Shown one piece after another: positions 10,213 through 25,012 of a stretch of DNA of 64,000 nt (its first letter is position 1; the number at the start of each line of letters is the position of its first letter). The position numbers were made by a program, and so were the translations under genes. The notes beneath the pieces were generated by a model. The model saw only the letters and a program-made list of their open reading frames with translations, ran no database searches and was not told where the DNA came from. Source of the DNA: an uncultured delta proteobacterium (GTDB lineage Bacteria > Myxococcota > Myxococcia > SLRQ01); NCBI GenBank assembly GCA_963727485.1, contig CAVSGM010000005.1, positions 32,001 to 96,000 of the forward strand, written 5' to 3'.

Positions 10213-11406
10213 TCAGTCCCCGAGGTGGGCCAGGGTCGAGCGCACGTCCCGGGCCCAGGCGCCGTCCGGCGCCGCCTTCAGGTACCGGGCGTAGTGGACC
10301 GCGGCGTCCTTGTCCTTCCCCGCCTCCTGGAGCATGAACCCGAGGAGCAGGTTGGCGTTGGCGTGGCCCGGGTCGAGACGCAGCGCCCGCTCCAGGCTCC
10401 TCCAGGCGGTGCGGTCGTGGCGGAGCTCGTAGGCGGTGAGGGCGACCCCGAAGCGGGCGTCGGGATCCCGGGGCGCCAGGCGGGCGGCGCGGACGTACCA
10501 GCGCAGGGCGCCGCGGACGTCCCCGAGGTCGTAGTCCGCCCGGCCCCGGCGCAGGGCCCGGGCGGCGTGGTCGGTGCGCGCCCGGCCGGCGGTGGGGGCG
10601 CGGAGGCGGTGGTGACGGCGGCCCTCCCGGCGGTGGGCGCGGAGGGCGTGGCCCCGATGGGCGCGGCGGTGGGCGGCGGGCGCGGCGGCGGGGACCGCCG
10701 GTGCGGGCGGGGCGCCGGGCGTCGCCATGGGGCGGGCGAGGGCGGCCGGGACGGCGGCGGCCTCGGCGGCGGCCGGCGGCGGGGGCACGCGCGGGGGCGG
10801 CGCCTCGGCGCGGGCCGCCGCGGCGACCGGGGCCGGTCCGCGGGGCGTCGGCGGGGCCGGGGGCGTCGGCTGGACCCAGGCGCCGACGGCGAGGGCCAGG
10901 GCCGCCAGGGAGCCGGCGATGGCGACGGGGAAGGCCAGGCGGCGGCGGCGGCGCCAGAGGCGTGCGAGGGGGCCGGCGAAGAGCTCGGCGTCGTCGTCCG
11001 GGTCGGCGTCGTCGAAGGCGCCGAGGTCGACCTCGACGGTCGGGGGCACCGGCGCCGGGGCCGGCGTGGGGGCCGGGGGCATCGGCGCCGCCCGCCCCGC
11101 GGCGTAGCGGGCCCGGGCCTCCTCCGCGAGCTCCTGGGCCACCCGGACCACGTCCTCGGGGACCAGCACCGTCGCCGGCTCGGCCGGGTCGAGGTCCGCG
11201 GCCTCGAGGAACCACACGTCCGGGTCGAGGACCGTCGCCGCCTCGTCGGCGCCCAGCGCCGGGGCCGGGGCCATCCCCAGGCCCTCCCGGGCCGGCGCCT
11301 CGAGAGCCACCTCCCCGGCCGGCTGCGCACTGTCCTCGGCCTTCGGCGGCTCGAGGAAGTCGGCGAAGTTGAGCACCGTGGCTCCGTGGCGGTCGGGCAG
11401 GGACAT
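10213..11406 (-). CDS. Single-pass membrane protein with C-terminal TPR
   Basis: C-terminal part of ORF 10213..12822 from MSLPDRH; TM segment LAFPVAIAGSLAALALAVGAW, Pro/Ala linker, TPR ...ALRLDPGHANANLLLGF. Confidence 0.7.
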   Translation of the reverse strand: MSLPDRHGATVLNFADFLEPPKAEDSAQPAGEVALEAPAREGLGMAPAPALGADEAATVLDPDVWFLEAADLDPAEPATVLVPEDVVRVAQELAEEARARYAAGRAAPMPPAPTPAPAPVPPTVEVDLGAFDDADPDDDAELFAGPLARLWRRRRRLAFPVAIAGSLAALALAVGAWVQPTPPAPPTPRGPAPVAAAARAEAPPPRVPPPPAAAEAAAVPAALARPMATPGAPPAPAVPAAAPAAHRRAHRGHALRAHRREGRRHHRLRAPTAGRARTDHAARALRRGRADYDLGDVRGALRWYVRAARLAPRDPDARFGVALTAYELRHDRTAWRSLERALRLDPGHANANLLLGFMLQEAGKDKDAAVHYARYLKAAPDGAWARDVRSTLAHLGD

Positions 11407-11610
11407 GGGGCACCTCCGGCTCCGAGGTGGAGCAAGGGGCGTACCGGTGGCGACCTGCGGGATTCCGGGACCTTGGCGGCGTCCGCGGCAGGTCCCCGGC
11501 GCCGCCCGGGTCGAGGCGCACCCGGCCCCGGGGACCCGGCGCCCGGGCGCCCCTCCGCGGCCGGCCCTCGTCTTGCTGGCCTCTCGCCCGGGTGATAGAA
11601 GGCCGCCACG

Positions 11611-12911
<1,301 letters not shown>

Positions 12912-12915
<4 letters not shown>

Positions 12916-14570
12916 GGGGCCCGCCGGTCACCCGGGGCGCCGGTGGGCGCCCGGGGCTCCTGGGCCGGCCCGGAGCGTCGGCGCTGGTGGCCCTGTGGCT
13001 GGGGCTGCTGGTCGCCGGAGCCCTGGCGCCGGCGCGGGCCGCCCAGGACGCGGGGACGCCGGCCGCCAGTCCCGCGGCCACCGCCAGCCCCCCGGCCACA
13101 ACCAGGCCGGCCAGAGTCGCCAAGCCCGCGGCCCCCAAGCAGATCCGCCTCCAGACCCTCCGCGAAGGCATGGAGCCCGTGCCCTTCTGGGAGCGCGGCG
13201 TCTCCTTCCTCGGCCTCTGGGTGATGGTCTTCCTCGGGTGGCTGATGTCCACCGACCGCAAGCGCTTCCCCTGGCGGGTGGTGCTCTGGGGCGTGGGGCT
13301 GCAGCTCGTCTTCGGGGTCTTCGTCCTCGAGACCACCGCCGGCCGGGACCTCTTCGGCTTCCTCAACGACGTGGTGATGCGGCTGCTCGACTTCACCAAC
13401 ATCGGCGCGAAGTTCATCTTCGGCGACTACCTGAACCTCAAGTACAGCTTCGCCCTCAACGTCCTGCCGACCATCATCTTCTTCTCGGCGCTGATGACCG
13501 TCCTCTACCACCTGGGGATCATGCAGTGGGTGGTCAAGGGCTTCGCCTGGCTGATGCAGCGGACCATGGGCACGTCTGGCTCCGAGACCCTCTCGGCGGC
13601 GGCGAACATCTTCGTGGGCCAGACCGAGGCCCCGCTGGTGGTCAAGCCCTTCGTGGAGACCATGACCGAGAGCGAGCTGATGGCGATCATGGTCGGCGGC
13701 TTCGCCACCGTCGCCGGCGGGGTGATGGCCGCCTACGTGGGGATGCTCTCGGGGACCTTCCCGGACATCGCCGGCCACCTCATCGCCGCCAGCGTCATGA
13801 GCGCCCCGGCGGCCCTGGTCCTGGCCAAGGTGATGATCCCCGAGACCGAGGCCTCGGCGACGGCGGGCAGCCTGCGCCTGGAGGTCGACCGCCCCGACGC
13901 CAACGTCATCGACGCCGCGGCCCGGGGCGCCGGCGAGGGGCTCCACCTCGCCCTCAACGTGGGCGCGATGCTCCTGGCCTTCCTCGCCCTCATCGCCCTC
14001 ATCGACTACGTCATCGAGCTCCCGGAGCTGTGGCACAACCGGGCCGCCTGGCACGCGGTGAAGCAGGCCCTCACCGCCCAGGGCCTCGCGCTGCCGGCGG
14101 GCTGCGCCAGGCCCGACGGCGCCGCCGCCTTCCAGCACTGCGTGAACGCCGGGGTCGCCGCCGGCCACCTCGCCCCGGGCGCCCACACCGCCTGGACCCC
14201 CATCTCCCTGGAGCGGATCCTCGGGTGGCTCTTCTGGCCCATCGCCTGGATCATGGGCACCCCCGCCCACGACTGCAGCGCCGTGGCCCGCCTCCTCGGG
14301 GAGAAGCTGGTCCTCAACGAGTTCGTCGCCTACGCCGATCTGGGCAAGCAGCTCCAGCACGGCGTCCACCTCTCCTACCGGGCGGTGGTCATCGCCACCT
14401 ACGCCCTCTGCGGCTTCGCCAACTTCGGGTCCATCGCCATCCAGATCGGCGGCATCGGGGGGATTGCCCCCAGCCGGCGTCATGATCTGGCGCGGATCGG
14501 ACTTCGTGCGATGATCGCGGGGACCCTGGCGGCCTTCATGACCGCCACCGTTGCCGGGATGCTCATCTGA
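12912..14570 (+). CDS. nupC: NupC/CNT concentrative nucleoside transporter
   Basis: FALNVLPTIIFFSAL, AANIFVGQTEAPL, GFATVAGGV, NEFVAY, YALCGFANFGSIAIQIGG. GTG start inferred from GTGA overlap. Confidence 0.92.
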
Positions 14571-15403
14571 TGGACCAGAACACCTACGACCTGGTGCAGG
14601 AGGCCGTCGCGGTCGTCCGCGGACTCGGGGGCGAGCCCCCGGCCGTGGGCGTGATCCTCGGCTCGGGCCTCGGCGCCTTCGCCGACGAACTCGAGGACGC
14701 GGTGGCCCGCCCCTACGGCGAGCTGCCCCACTTCCCCCAGAGCGCCGTGGTGGGCCACAAGGGCCGGCTGGTGCTCGGCGGCTGCGGCGGGGTCCCCGTC
14801 GCGGTGATGCAGGGGCGGGTCCACGCCTACGAGGGCTGGACCATGGACCAGGTGGCCTTCGGGGCCCGGGTCCTCTGCGCCCTGGGGGTGAAGGCCCTGG
14901 TGGTGACCAACGCCGCCGGCGGCATCGGCGCGAAGCTCGCCCCCGGCGACCTGCTCCGGATCACCGACCACATCAACCTCGCGGGCCGCAGCCCCCTCAC
15001 CGGGATCAACGACGACCGCCTCGGGCCGCGCTTCCCGGACCTCTCCCACGCCTACGACCCGGACCTCGGCGACCTGGTGGAGCACCTGGCCGACGACGTG
15101 GGGGCGCCGGTGAAGCGCGGGGTCTACGCGTACATGGCGGGGCCGTCCTACGAGACGCCCGCGGAGATCCGCGCGCTCAAGGCCCTGGGCGCCGACGCGG
15201 TGGGGATGTCCACGGTCCCCGAGGTGGTCGCCGCCCGGCACATGGGCGTGCCGGTGGTGGGCATCTCGGTGATCACCAACCTCGCGGCGGGCCTCTCCGA
15301 GAAGGGCCTCTCCCACGAGGAGGTGAAGGAGGTCGCCGACCGGGTGACCGGCCGGTTCCTGGAGCTGCTCCGCCGCTTCATCCCCGCGGCGGTGGCGCAC
15401 TAG
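14570..15403 (+). CDS. punA: Purine-nucleoside phosphorylase (trimeric type)
   Basis: ILGSGLG, MQGRVHAYEG, TNAAGG, GPSYETPAE, GMSTVPEV, HEEV. Confidence 0.95.
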   Translation: MDQNTYDLVQEAVAVVRGLGGEPPAVGVILGSGLGAFADELEDAVARPYGELPHFPQSAVVGHKGRLVLGGCGGVPVAVMQGRVHAYEGWTMDQVAFGARVLCALGVKALVVTNAAGGIGAKLAPGDLLRITDHINLAGRSPLTGINDDRLGPRFPDLSHAYDPDLGDLVEHLADDVGAPVKRGVYAYMAGPSYETPAEIRALKALGADAVGMSTVPEVVAARHMGVPVVGISVITNLAAGLSEKGLSHEEVKEVADRVTGRFLELLRRFIPAAVAH

Positions 15404-15413
15404 CGGCGAGCCG

Positions 15414-17886
<2,473 letters not shown>

Positions 17887-17942
17887 CCGGGGCCGCGGTG
17901 CCTCGACTACCCTGCGTGCTCCCCGTGCCGGAGGGTTCCCCC

Positions 17943-18299
17943 TTGTCCACCGCCGCAGACGCCGTCGTCGCCCTGGTCGCCGTCCTCCATGTCGGCTTCC
18001 TGCTCCTGGAGATGTTCCTCTGGGACACGCCCACCGGCCTGGCGGTCTTCGGCCAGAGCGCCGAGGAGGCCGCCGCCACCAAGACCCTGGCGGCGAACAT
18101 GGGCCTCTACAACGGCTTCCTCGCCGCGGGGCTCGGCTGGGGCCTCGTCCTCGGCGCCGGGGGCGAAGGGGTGAAGCTCTTCTTCCTCGGGTGCGTCGTG
18201 GTCGCCGGGATCTTCGGCGCCGCCACCGCGAGCCGGAAGATCCTCTTCGTCCAGGCCCTGCCCGCGGCGGTGGCCATGGCGCTGGTTCTGCTAGCCTAG
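17943..18299 (+). CDS. DUF1304-like membrane protein
   Basis: LVAVLHVGFLLLEMFLW...LAANMGLYNGFLAAGL...KILFVQALPA; TTG start inferred. Confidence 0.8.
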   Translation: MSTAADAVVALVAVLHVGFLLLEMFLWDTPTGLAVFGQSAEEAAATKTLAANMGLYNGFLAAGLGWGLVLGAGGEGVKLFFLGCVVVAGIFGAATASRKILFVQALPAAVAMALVLLA

Positions 18300-18308
18300 G
18301 AGGCGCCG

Positions 18309-18605
18309 ATGGCGACCGGGTCCGACCAGACGCCCACGCGGGCGACCATCCTCATCACCGGCCGGGTGCAGGGGGTGTTCTTCCGGGCCTCGGCCATGGA
18401 GACCGCCCAGCACCTCGGGGTGAGCGGGTGGATCCAGAACCTCTCCGACGGGGGCGTGGAGTCGGTGGTCGAGGGGCCGCGCCACGCGGTGGACGCCTAC
18501 CTCCGGTGGTGTGGGGAGGGGCCGTCGGGGGCGCGGGTCGACGGGGTGGAGGTCGCCTGGGACACGCCCCGGGGCGAGTTCGACACCTTCCGGGTCCTCG
18601 GCTGA
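18309..18605 (+). CDS. acyP: Acylphosphatase
   Basis: ITGRVQGVFFR...GWIQNLSDGGVE. Confidence 0.93.
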   Translation: MATGSDQTPTRATILITGRVQGVFFRASAMETAQHLGVSGWIQNLSDGGVESVVEGPRHAVDAYLRWCGEGPSGARVDGVEVAWDTPRGEFDTFRVLG

Positions 18606-18622
18606 GCCCGCCGGGCGACCCC

Positions 18623-18664
18623 GAAAGAAGCGCAGGGCCCGGGGGATGGGGCCCCGGACCCTGC
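18623..18664 (-). terminator. Intrinsic terminator-like hairpin
   Basis: Minus strand GCAGGGTCCGGGG-loop-CCCCGGGCCCTGC followed by GCTTCTTTC. Confidence 0.7.
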
Positions 18665-18771
18665 AAGGTGGTTCCTGGCTCGGGTATTCAGGAACCTTGG
18701 GTGAAGAGCGGTTGGCTGCGGAGCATGGCGGGGACCGCGGGACCTTCCACTCGACGCCCGTTGTACCTCGG
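18623..18771 (-). ncRNA. Candidate sigma54-dependent small RNA (~150 nt)
   Basis: Bounded by a consensus sigma54 promoter and a terminator; internal hairpin GGTTCCTG/CAGGAACC; no convincing ORF. Confidence 0.6.
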
Positions 18772-18781
18772 AGGGGAGTAG

Positions 18782-18797
18782 AGCAACCGGTGTGCCA
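18782..18797 (-). promoter_or_regulatory. Sigma54 -24/-12 promoter
   Basis: TGGCAC-ACCGG-TTGCT, an exact match to TGGCAC-N5-TTGCW. Confidence 0.8.
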
Positions 18798-18826
18798 CGC
18801 CCCCCGGGGCCGGGTCTGGGCCTGGG

Positions 18827-18922
18827 ATTCCAGGGGGTTGGCGCGCAGATGGCCCGGGGCCGGCGTGAGGCGCGCCGGGCCCGGTGTCGCCGGATCGCGA
18901 CATCCGTGTCGGGGGTGCGACG
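18827..18922. promoter_or_regulatory. IHF-like site and candidate enhancer (bEBP) palindromes
   Basis: ATTCCAGGGGGTTG (18827-18840); TGTCGC-N6-GCGACA (18885-18902) and a weaker TGTCG..GCGACG (18907-18922). Confidence 0.5.
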
Positions 18923-19070
18923 CTGGGCGCACGGGGATCGCCCCTGGGGCGTCGTGGACCTGGGCAAACTTGTGACCCTGCTCACGCTGTGCTAGACCGG
19001 GCGTGTCCGTGCGCGACGACGAAGGGGAAGCTGGGGCCCCAGGACGCGCCGACAAGGGTGAGCCGAGCTC

Positions 19071-20117
19071 GTGACTGGCTTCAATGATGATCTGCTAAGG
19101 CCGCGGGATCGCGTCTTTCTGAAGCCGAAGAAGCGCTGGGGGGCGGTGTCCATCCTCCTCGCCGTGCTCTCGGCGGCCATCCTCACCCTGGTCGTCGGCG
19201 CCTACTCCGCGGGCCTGCTCCCGGACGGGCGCCTGGCCCTCGCCGTCGGCGTCCTCGGGGCCGTGGTCCTCCCGGTGGTCCTCGCCCTCCGGGTCCGCTT
19301 CTCGGGCCCGCGCTTCTTCGCCTTCGTGGACACCGCCCTGGTGGTCGTCCTCTTCACCGTCCTCGGCGGGCCCACCGACCGGGCCCTCGCCCACCACGGC
19401 CTCGCGCCCTTCGAGGGCGTGGCCCAGCTCGTCGGGCAGGGCGCCACCGCCCACACCCGCGTCACCGAGGTGGGCCAGGGCGTGGTCCAGCTCCTGCGCA
19501 CGCTCACCCTCGGGCACCCCGCCAAGGTGGCCGCCGCCGCCCCTCCAGCCCGGCCGCCCGCGCGGAAGGCCGGCGCCGAGCCCACCGCCGACGCCGGACC
19601 CGCGCCAAGGGCCTCCGGGCGCTCCCACGCGGCCGCCCGGGTACCGGCCCCGCCTGCGGCGCTCCAGGCCACCGTCGAGCTCGCCGGCGACGAGGCCCCC
19701 CAGGGCACCCTGAGCGTCCTCGCCGACCACCGGAAGCGCGCCGGCGCCGTGGAGATCCCCATCGACCACTCGGGCCGCCCGGTCACCGTCGGGGTCCTCG
19801 TCGACGGCCGGGTCCCGGCGGACTTCACCTTCGACACCGGCGCCGACTACACGGCCATCACCCCCGCCCTCGCCCGGCGCCTGGGGTATGACCCCGCCCA
19901 CCTCGGCGCCCGGCACACCTTCCTCACCGCCGGCGGCCCCATCCAGGACCCGGTGGTGACCCTCGGCTCGCTGGCCATCGACGACGCCGAGGTGAAGCAC
20001 GTCCAGGCGGTGGTCTGCACCCGGTGCCCCAGAAACCTCCTGGGGCGGAACTTCCAGGACCACTTCCGGGTGGAGATCGACAGCGGGGCCGGCGTCCTCC
20101 GGCTCCACCGGCGCTAG
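19071..20117 (+). CDS. Membrane-anchored retropepsin-like (clan AA) aspartyl protease
   Basis: Three N-terminal TM segments; FTFDTGADYTAI and NLLGRNF motifs. Confidence 0.85.
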   Translation: MTGFNDDLLRPRDRVFLKPKKRWGAVSILLAVLSAAILTLVVGAYSAGLLPDGRLALAVGVLGAVVLPVVLALRVRFSGPRFFAFVDTALVVVLFTVLGGPTDRALAHHGLAPFEGVAQLVGQGATAHTRVTEVGQGVVQLLRTLTLGHPAKVAAAAPPARPPARKAGAEPTADAGPAPRASGRSHAAARVPAPPAALQATVELAGDEAPQGTLSVLADHRKRAGAVEIPIDHSGRPVTVGVLVDGRVPADFTFDTGADYTAITPALARRLGYDPAHLGARHTFLTAGGPIQDPVVTLGSLAIDDAEVKHVQAVVCTRCPRNLLGRNFQDHFRVEIDSGAGVLRLHRR

Positions 20118-20640
20118 GGGGTTGCCCTCGGCGTCCGGGCCGTCCTGGCCGACCGCCGGCTTGCGGTGCACCGAGCCGTGTGCTAGCACCTGGAATCCCT
20201 GTAGGCTTGTGGGCCCACAGTGCACCAGCGGTGCGAATACCCCACGAATCCCAGGGGTTTTGACAAGGAGCGGGGCCGGCCCGGACGGGTCGGACATCTG
20301 CTTCACCCAACGATTTCCATCTTTCCTGGTTTGCGACGGTTCCCGTCGTGTCGACTCATCACCTAAACGGTCTCCGGACGACGTGGTCGGGCCCGGGGCG
20401 GCATCTCCAGATGCCGCCGACCGGGCCCTGCCGCCGCACCGACGCGCCGCCGATCCTGGCAGGCTCCGTTGCGGCGGGCGGGCCCGATCCCGACCCCCCC
20501 GACCGGGGACCGCCCGAACGGTTCACGACAGCCTTCACCTCTGACGCCGGAAGCTCGGCGCCCGGGTGGGCCGTCGCGATACCACCGGGGCACCGCGGCA
20601 CCGCGCTCTCGCGCGGCATGGCCGCTTTGGAGCTTCGGCC

Positions 20641-23203
20641 ATGGCCAACGTTCTGGTCATCAACGCCACCAGTTTCGAGACCCGTGTCGCCCTCGTCGAA
20701 GAGGGGACGATAACCGAGTACTACGTCGAGCGACGCCGCGATAAGGGCATCGTCGGCAACATCTACAAGGGGCGCGTGCTCCGGGTGCTCCCGGGGATGC
20801 AGGCGGCCTTCGTGGATCTCGGGACCGACAAGGCCGGGTTTCTCTACGTCAACGACGTCTACTACGACCCTGCCTTCAGCGAGGAGACCTTCGACCTCTC
20901 CGAGGGCGAGTGGGGCGAGGGACCCGAGCTCTCCCACGAGGCGGCGGCCCACCTCGACGCCGCCTACGAGGGCGGCGCGGACGTGACGCCGGCGCCCGGG
21001 GCCACCGAGGACGACGACGACGACGGCCGAGGCGACGACGCCGACGCCGACGAGGCCGCCGCCGAGGCCGAGGACGCCGACGACGACGCCGACGAGGCCG
21101 CCGCCGACGGACGACGACGACGACGCCGACGAGGCCGCCGCCGAGGACGACGACGACGCCGACGAGGCCGCCGCCGAAGCCGAGGACGACGACGCCGACG
21201 CCGACGAGGCCGCCGCCGAAGCCGAGGACGACGACGACGACGCCGACGAGGCCGCCGCCGAAGCCGAGGACGACGACGACGCCGACGAGGCCGCCGCCGA
21301 AGCCGAGGACGACGACGCCGACGAGGCCGCCGACGAGGCCGAGGACGACGACGACGCCGACGAGGCCGCCGACGAAGCCGAGAACGACGACGCCGACGCC
21401 GAGGACGACGACGAGGCCACGGGGCTCGCCGCCGACACCGCCTCCGACGTCGACACCGAGGCCGACAGCGAGGCCTCCGAGGGTCGCGATCGCCGGGGCC
21501 GTGGACGCCGCGGCCGCGGGCGCGGCCGGGGGCGCGGCAGGGCCGACGCCGGTGACGCCGCCGCCGCGGCCGCCGACGACGAGGGCGCGACCCGGGACGA
21601 CGCCGACCAGGGTGACCGCGATGGCGGCCGCCGGGGTCGCGGCCGGGGCCGCCGGCGCGGCCGGGGCCGCAGCCACGTGCGCTCCACCGACAAGGTCGTC
21701 GACGCCCGCAAGGAGCGCCGCCGGCAGGCCCGCCGGGCCCAGATCCAGGACCTCCTCAAGGAGGGCCAGGAGATCGTGGTCCAGGTCGCCAAGGCGCCCA
21801 TCGGCACCAAGGGCGCCCGGATCACCACCCACATCTCGCTCCCCGGTCGGCACCTGGTGTTCATGCCCACCGTCGACCACGTGGGCATCAGCCGCCGCAT
21901 CGCCTCCGACAAGGAGCGCCGGCGCCTGCGCCAGCTCATCGAGGACAACCGGCCGTCGGGCACCGGCTTCATCGTGCGCACCGTCGCCGACGGCGTCGAC
22001 AAGGAGAAGCTCGTCGCCGACGCCCGGTTCCTGATGAACCTCTGGGCGGACATCAACAAGCGCAAGGAGCGCGTCGGCGCCCCGGCGCTCCTCCACCCCG
22101 ACCTCGACCTCATCCTCCGGGCCACCCGCGACCTCTTCAGCGAGGAGGTCGACAAGCTCGTCATCGACAATCCCGACGCCTACAGCCGGGTGATGGCCTT
22201 CATCGAGGCCCACATGCCGGCCCTCAAGGACAAGGTCGAGCTCTACCGGGGCAAGGAGCCCATCTTCGACGCCTACGGCATCGAGGACGAGATCCGCCGC
22301 GCCCAGGCCCGCAAGGTGTGGCTGAAGAGCGGCGGCTACCTCATCATCGACCAGGCCGAGGCCCTCACCGCCATCGACGTGAACTCGGGCCGGTACATCG
22401 GCAAGAAGGACCTCGAGGAGACGATCACCAAGATCAACATCGAGGCCGCCGAGGAGGTCGTCTACCAGCTTCGCCTGCGGAACCTGGGCGGCATCATCAT
22501 CCTGGACTTCATCGACATGGAGAAGTCCGGAAACCGGGAGAAGGTCTTCCGGGCCCTCGACGAGGCCCTGCGCAAGGACAAGGCGAAGACCAACATCCTC
22601 AAGATCAGCGACCTCGGCCTGGTGGAGATGACCCGCAAGCGGGTCCGCGAGTCCCTGACCCGGATGATGCACGAGGCCTGCCCCTACTGCGACGGCCGGG
22701 GCGTGGTCCGCACCACCACCACCGTGGGCTACGAGGTGCTGCGCGACGTGATGCGAGAGGCGGCCCACCGCCGCGACGACACGGTGCTGGTCAACTGCAA
22801 CCCCGAGGTCGCGGCCCTGCTCACCACCGTGGAGCGGGACGCCCTGCGCTACGTCATGGACCGCACCGGCAAGAAGCTGGTGATCAAGGTCCAGGACAAC
22901 TACCACCGCGAGCAGTACGACCTCTACACCAAGAACACCGGCACCGGGGTCACCGCCGCGGTGGCCACCGGCGGTGACAGTCGCAGCCGGGGCGCCCTGC
23001 CGCCGGGTGCGGCCCTGGCCTCCTCGGGCGGCGGCGGTGGCGGCGGTGGCGGCGGCGGCGGCGGTGGCGATCGATCCGCCTCCGGGCGCCGACGCCGTCG
23101 GCGTCGTGGGCGCGGTCGGCGCGGTGGCGGCGGCGAGGGCGGCGAGGGCGGCGGCAACGAAGGCGCCTCCCAGGCGACCCCGGCCGGCGGCGAGGACGCC
23201 TGA
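20641..23203 (+). CDS. rne: Ribonuclease E/G with large acidic/RG-rich insert in the S1 domain; apparent +1 frameshift at ~21108
   Basis: GNIYKGRVLRVLPGMQAAFVDLG...; VQVAKAPIGTKGARIT, AIDVNSG, LRNLGGIIILDFIDM, CPYCDGRG. Confidence 0.92.
21034..21416 (+). repeat. Imperfect coding tandem repeat (nine DADEAA-containing units of ~33-42 bp)
   Basis: Recurrent GACGCCGACGAGGCCGCC separated by (GAC)n. Confidence 0.9.
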
Positions 23204-23541
23204 TGGGCGTCGGCGGGGGACAGGGTCAGCGCCAGGACGCCCGGGTGACGGTGAACCGCGAGTTCACCTCCCTCGAGGAGTTCATCGCCGAGTACGTCGC
23301 CGACCTCTCGCGGTCCGGGGCCTTCATCCGCACCGAGAACCCCCTGCCCGTGGGCACCCGGGTCTCCCTGCGATTCACCGTCATCCTCGATGAGCTCGAG
23401 ACCATCGAGGGCGCGGGCGAGGTGGTGCGCACCGTGGCCCCGGGCGCCGACCACCCGGCGGGGATGGGTGTGGTCTTCACCCAGCTCACCCGCGTCAGCC
23501 AGGAGCTCATCGAGCACCTGATGACCCGGCGACCCGCCTGA
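23203..23541 (+). CDS. PilZ-domain protein (myxobacterial TIGR02266-like)
   Basis: RQDARV, DLSRSGAFI, GEVVR, GMGVVF. Confidence 0.85.
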   Translation: MGVGGGQGQRQDARVTVNREFTSLEEFIAEYVADLSRSGAFIRTENPLPVGTRVSLRFTVILDELETIEGAGEVVRTVAPGADHPAGMGVVFTQLTRVSQELIEHLMTRRPA

Positions 23542-23616
23542 GGCGCCCGGTGGGGACGGCCACGCCCACGCGCCTCGAAATTGTCCCGGTGCGCAGGTCG
23601 TCCTAGGATCCGGGCG

Positions 23617-25012
23617 ATGGCGGGACCATCCCTGACCGACCGCGCCCGGGCCACCTTCGGCCGGTTGCGCGAGTTCTTCACCCACGGCCTCTGGGAGCGG
23701 GACTTCTCCCAGCAGCAAGGGGTGCAGTGGTTCCTGGTGCGCCAGCTCCAGGTGCTGGTGCTGGTGGCCAAGGGCATGCGCGAGGACGCCGTCCAGCTCC
23801 GGGCGGCCTTCCTCTCGATGATCACCCTCCTGTCGATCATCCCCTTCCTGGCGGTGATCTTCTCGGTGTTCACCGCCGCCGGCGGCCTCGGTGACCTGCG
23901 CCAGGCCCTCCAGACCTTCATCTACGACAACATCGCCGTGGGCTCGGAGTCCGAGCTGGTCCACTGGATCGACCGGCTGGTGAGCCAGGTGAACAGCGGG
24001 ACCCTCGGGGGCATCGGCTGCGGTGATCCTGGTCTTCGCCTCGGTGCGCCTGGTCGCTGCCATCGAGGTGACCTTCAACCGCATCTGGGGCGTGCGGCGC
24101 TCCCGGTCCCTGGTGGCGCGCTTCGTCGTCTACTGGACCCTGCTCACCCTGGGCCCGCTGGTCCTCGCGGCGAGCCTCGCCGGCTCGGCCGCCCTCCGGG
24201 GCTGGCTCGGCGCCGGCGCCCTCCCGGGTCTGGTCGTGGTGTTCCGGGTGGTGCCCGTGATCTTCACCGTCGGGGCCTTCATCCTGCTCTACATGGTGAT
24301 CCCGGGCACCGACGTGAAGCTGCGCCACGCCCTCGTCGGCGGGACCGTCGCCGGGCTGCTCTTCGAGGTGGCCAAGCTCACCTACGCCTTCGTCGCCGGG
24401 AACCTGCTTCACTACAACCTGCTCTACGGCTCCCTGGGCGCCATCCCCATCTTCATGCTCTGGGTGTACATCGCCTGGCTGATCGTGCTCTTCGGCTGCG
24501 AGATCACCTTCGCCAACCAGAACGTGAGCACCCTGCGCCACGAGGAGCGGGCCCTGGAGGCGAGCGAGTACTTCCGCGAGCGCCTCGCCGCGCGGCTGAT
24601 GCTCGACGTGGCCCTGGCCTTCCACCGGGGGGACGCGCCGCCGACCGCCGCGGCCCTGAGCCAGGGGACCCAGGTCTCGGTGCGCCTGGTCAACGAGGTG
24701 CTCCGGAACCTCGCCGCCGCCGACCTGGTCCGGGAGGCGAGCCAGGAGGGCTCCAAGGACCCGGGCTTCCTGCCCGCCCGGCTCCTCTCCCAGGTGACCG
24801 TCGCCGACGTGGTCCAGGCCCTCCGGGCCCAGCGGGGGGTGGACCTGGAGCTCGCCGACGACGGGCGGGGCCGGGAGATCGCCCAGATCCTCGGCGAGGG
24901 CGAGGTCGCCGCCGCCGCGATCCACGGGCGCGTCGACTACCTCACCCTGGCCGAGCATCTCCTCCCCGGGGGCCGGCGCAGCGGTGCGGCCGAGGAGCGT
25001 CTCCCCAGCTGA
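23617..25012 (+). CDS. YihY/BrkB-family membrane protein with C-terminal winged helix; apparent frameshift at ~24019
   Basis: RAAFLSMITLLSIIPFLAVIFS; IEVTFNRIWGV; YGSLGAIPIFMLWVYIAWLIVLFG. Confidence 0.88.

Noticed and set aside
18623..18771. Identification as 6S, tmRNA, SRP or RNase P RNA
   Set aside because: None of their hallmark motifs was recognisable, so it is left as an unknown sRNA.
21034..21416. Regularly spaced repeats resembling a CRISPR array
   Set aside because: No unique spacers and no cas genes; the units are codon repeats inside RNase E/G.
23025..23070. (GGC/GGT)n run as a regulatory repeat
   Set aside because: Ordinary poly-Gly codons in the RNase E/G tail.
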